Assembly (NCBI GenBank): GCA_040095065.1
Contig: JBBNGO010000039.1
Span: forward strand, 1-24,729
Origin: Hominicoprocola fusiformis
GTDB lineage: Bacteria > Bacillota > Clostridia > Oscillospirales > Oscillospiraceae
Length of the DNA: 24,729 nucleotides
Direction of reading: 5' to 3'
A program made the translations under genes and the position numbers. Under the pieces are notes generated by a model that was not told where the DNA came from, did not search any database, and saw only the letters and a program-made list of their open reading frames with translations. This document shows positions 23,470 to 24,729 of this stretch, in pieces; position 1 is the first letter of the stretch; each line of letters opens with the position of its first letter.

Positions 23470-24729
23470 ATGACTGCTATTATCAATTTCCTGCAGCAGA
23501 CCGGCTTCTATATGTTTGGTCAGGAGGGCAACTGGAAATGCCTCATTATGATCGCCATTTCCTTTGTCCTGCTGTATCTGGCCATCGTGAAGGGCTTTGA
23601 GCCGCTGCTGCTCCTGCCCATCGCGTTCGGTATGCTGTGCACCAACCTTCCCGGTGCGGACATGTTCCACGAGATCCTGTTCGCCGGAGGACATGTCCAT
23701 TGGGACCTCTTCGGAGGAGCGCCCATCACGCAGGAATTCCTGACAGAGATGTCGGAAGCCGGCGTAGCCGATGCGGTGCTTGCCCCGTGGGCGGTCGGCA
23801 GCACCGTTAGCCTCGGCCTGCTCGACGTTCTGTACCTCGGCGTTAAGCTCGGCATCTATCCCTGCCTGATTTTCATGGGCGTCGGCACGATGACCGACTT
23901 CGGTCCCCTGATCGCGAACCCCAAGTCCCTGCTGCTCGGCGCTGCCGCTCAGCTCGGTATCTTCATGACTTATGTCGGTACCCAGTTCATGGGCTTCACT
24001 TACCAGCAGTCCGCCTCCATCGGTATCATCGGCGGCGCTGACGGTCCGACCGCGATCTTCGTCACCTCCCGTCTGGCTCCTGAGCTGCTCGGTCCTATCG
24101 CCGTTGCCGCTTATTCCTACATGGCCCTCGTCCCGGTCATTCAGCCCCCCATCATGAAGGCTCTGACCACCAAGGAAGAGCGCCGCATCGTGATGCGCCC
24201 GCTGCGTCAGGTCAGCAAACGCGAGAAGATCATCTTCCCCATCATGATCACCGTGTTCGTGGCGCTGCTCGTTCCTTCTGCCGCGCCTCTGATCGCGTGC
24301 CTGATGCTCGGTAACCTGTTCAAGGAGTCCGGCGTTGTGGAGCGTCTGCAGAAGACCGCCGGTAACGAGCTGATGAACATCGTCACCATCTTCCTCGGTT
24401 TCACTGTCGGTGCTACCGCCACCGCCACCACCTTCCTTTCCGTTCAGACCCTTGAGATCATGGCTATGGGTATCGTCGCGTTCGGTTTCGGTACCGCGGG
24501 CGGCGTGCTGCTGGCCAAGCTCATGAACCTGTTCCTGAAGGAAAAGATCAACCCGCTGATTGGTTCCGCCGGCGTTTCCGCCGTTCCTATGGCCGCCCGT
24601 GTTTCTCAGGTCGTCGGCCAGAAGGAGAACCCCTCCAACTTCCTGCTCATGCACGCCATGGGCCCGAACGTTGCAGGTGTTATCGGTTCCGCTATCGCCG
24701 CAGGCGTCCTGATGTCCCTGTTCGGCTAA
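23470..24729 (+). CDS. gcdB: Glutaconyl-CoA decarboxylase beta subunit (Na+-translocating, OadB family)
   Basis: 419-aa polytopic membrane protein with GADGPTAIF and [14 protein letters not shown] motifs typical of Na+-decarboxylase beta subunits. The TAA stop is the last codon of the window. Confidence 0.9.
   Translation: MTAIINFLQQTGFYMFGQEGNWKCLIMIAISFVLLYLAIVKGFEPLLLLPIAFGMLCTNLPGADMFHEILFAGGHVHWDLFGGAPITQEFLTEMSEAGVADAVLAPWAVGSTVSLGLLDVLYLGVKLGIYPCLIFMGVGTMTDFGPLIANPKSLLLGAAAQLGIFMTYVGTQFMGFTYQQSASIGIIGGADGPTAIFVTSRLAPELLGPIAVAAYSYMALVPVIQPPIMKALTTKEERRIVMRPLRQVSKREKIIFPIMITVFVALLVPSAAPLIACLMLGNLFKESGVVERLQKTAGNELMNIVTIFLGFTVGATATATTFLSVQTLEIMAMGIVAFGFGTAGGVLLAKLMNLFLKEKINPLIGSAGVSAVPMAARVSQVVGQKENPSNFLLMHAMGPNVAGVIGSAIAAGVLMSLFG

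Overview
The window has three parts. (1) Positions 1-621 are a structured non-coding leader. It holds two diverged inverted copies of a hairpin-bearing element, two tandem intrinsic terminators (457-500, 504-528) and a perfect 20-bp palindrome (529-548) just upstream of the first phage-like gene. (2) Positions 622-14980 are a 14.4-kb, strictly unidirectional, translationally coupled cluster for head, contractile tail and lysis. Its gene order follows the Bacillus PBSX late operon: small and large terminase, portal, protease-scaffold, capsid, three connectors, sheath, tube, frameshifted chaperone, tape-measure position, LysM protein, XkdQ/R/S/T/U-like baseplate proteins, XhlA-like protein, holins and an M15 endolysin. 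The cluster is stripped down. The small terminase has no N-terminal DNA-binding region. The tape-measure slot holds only a 183-aa protein. No tail-fibre or receptor-binding gene lies between the baseplate and lysis genes. No integrase, repressor, replication gene or moron is visible, and the cluster ends at a terminator directly against a core catabolic operon. I read it as a candidate domesticated phage-derived particle system (gene-transfer-agent-like or PBSX-like) rather than an ordinary prophage, but the sequence upstream of the window is unknown. (3) Positions 15312-24729 hold the complete hydroxyglutarate-pathway (glutamate fermentation) cluster, gctA-gctB-gcdA-hgdC-hgdA-hgdB followed by gcdD-gcdC-gcdB. 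Its products resemble the Acidaminococcus fermentans enzymes as I recall them, and it has two near-consensus sigma-A promoters. High GC plus this pathway suggests a high-GC Clostridia host such as Oscillospiraceae (Flavonifractor or Intestinimonas-like); that is inference only. No tRNA, rRNA, CRISPR array or transposase was seen. All family assignments come from motif and synteny recognition by eye, because no searches could be run.
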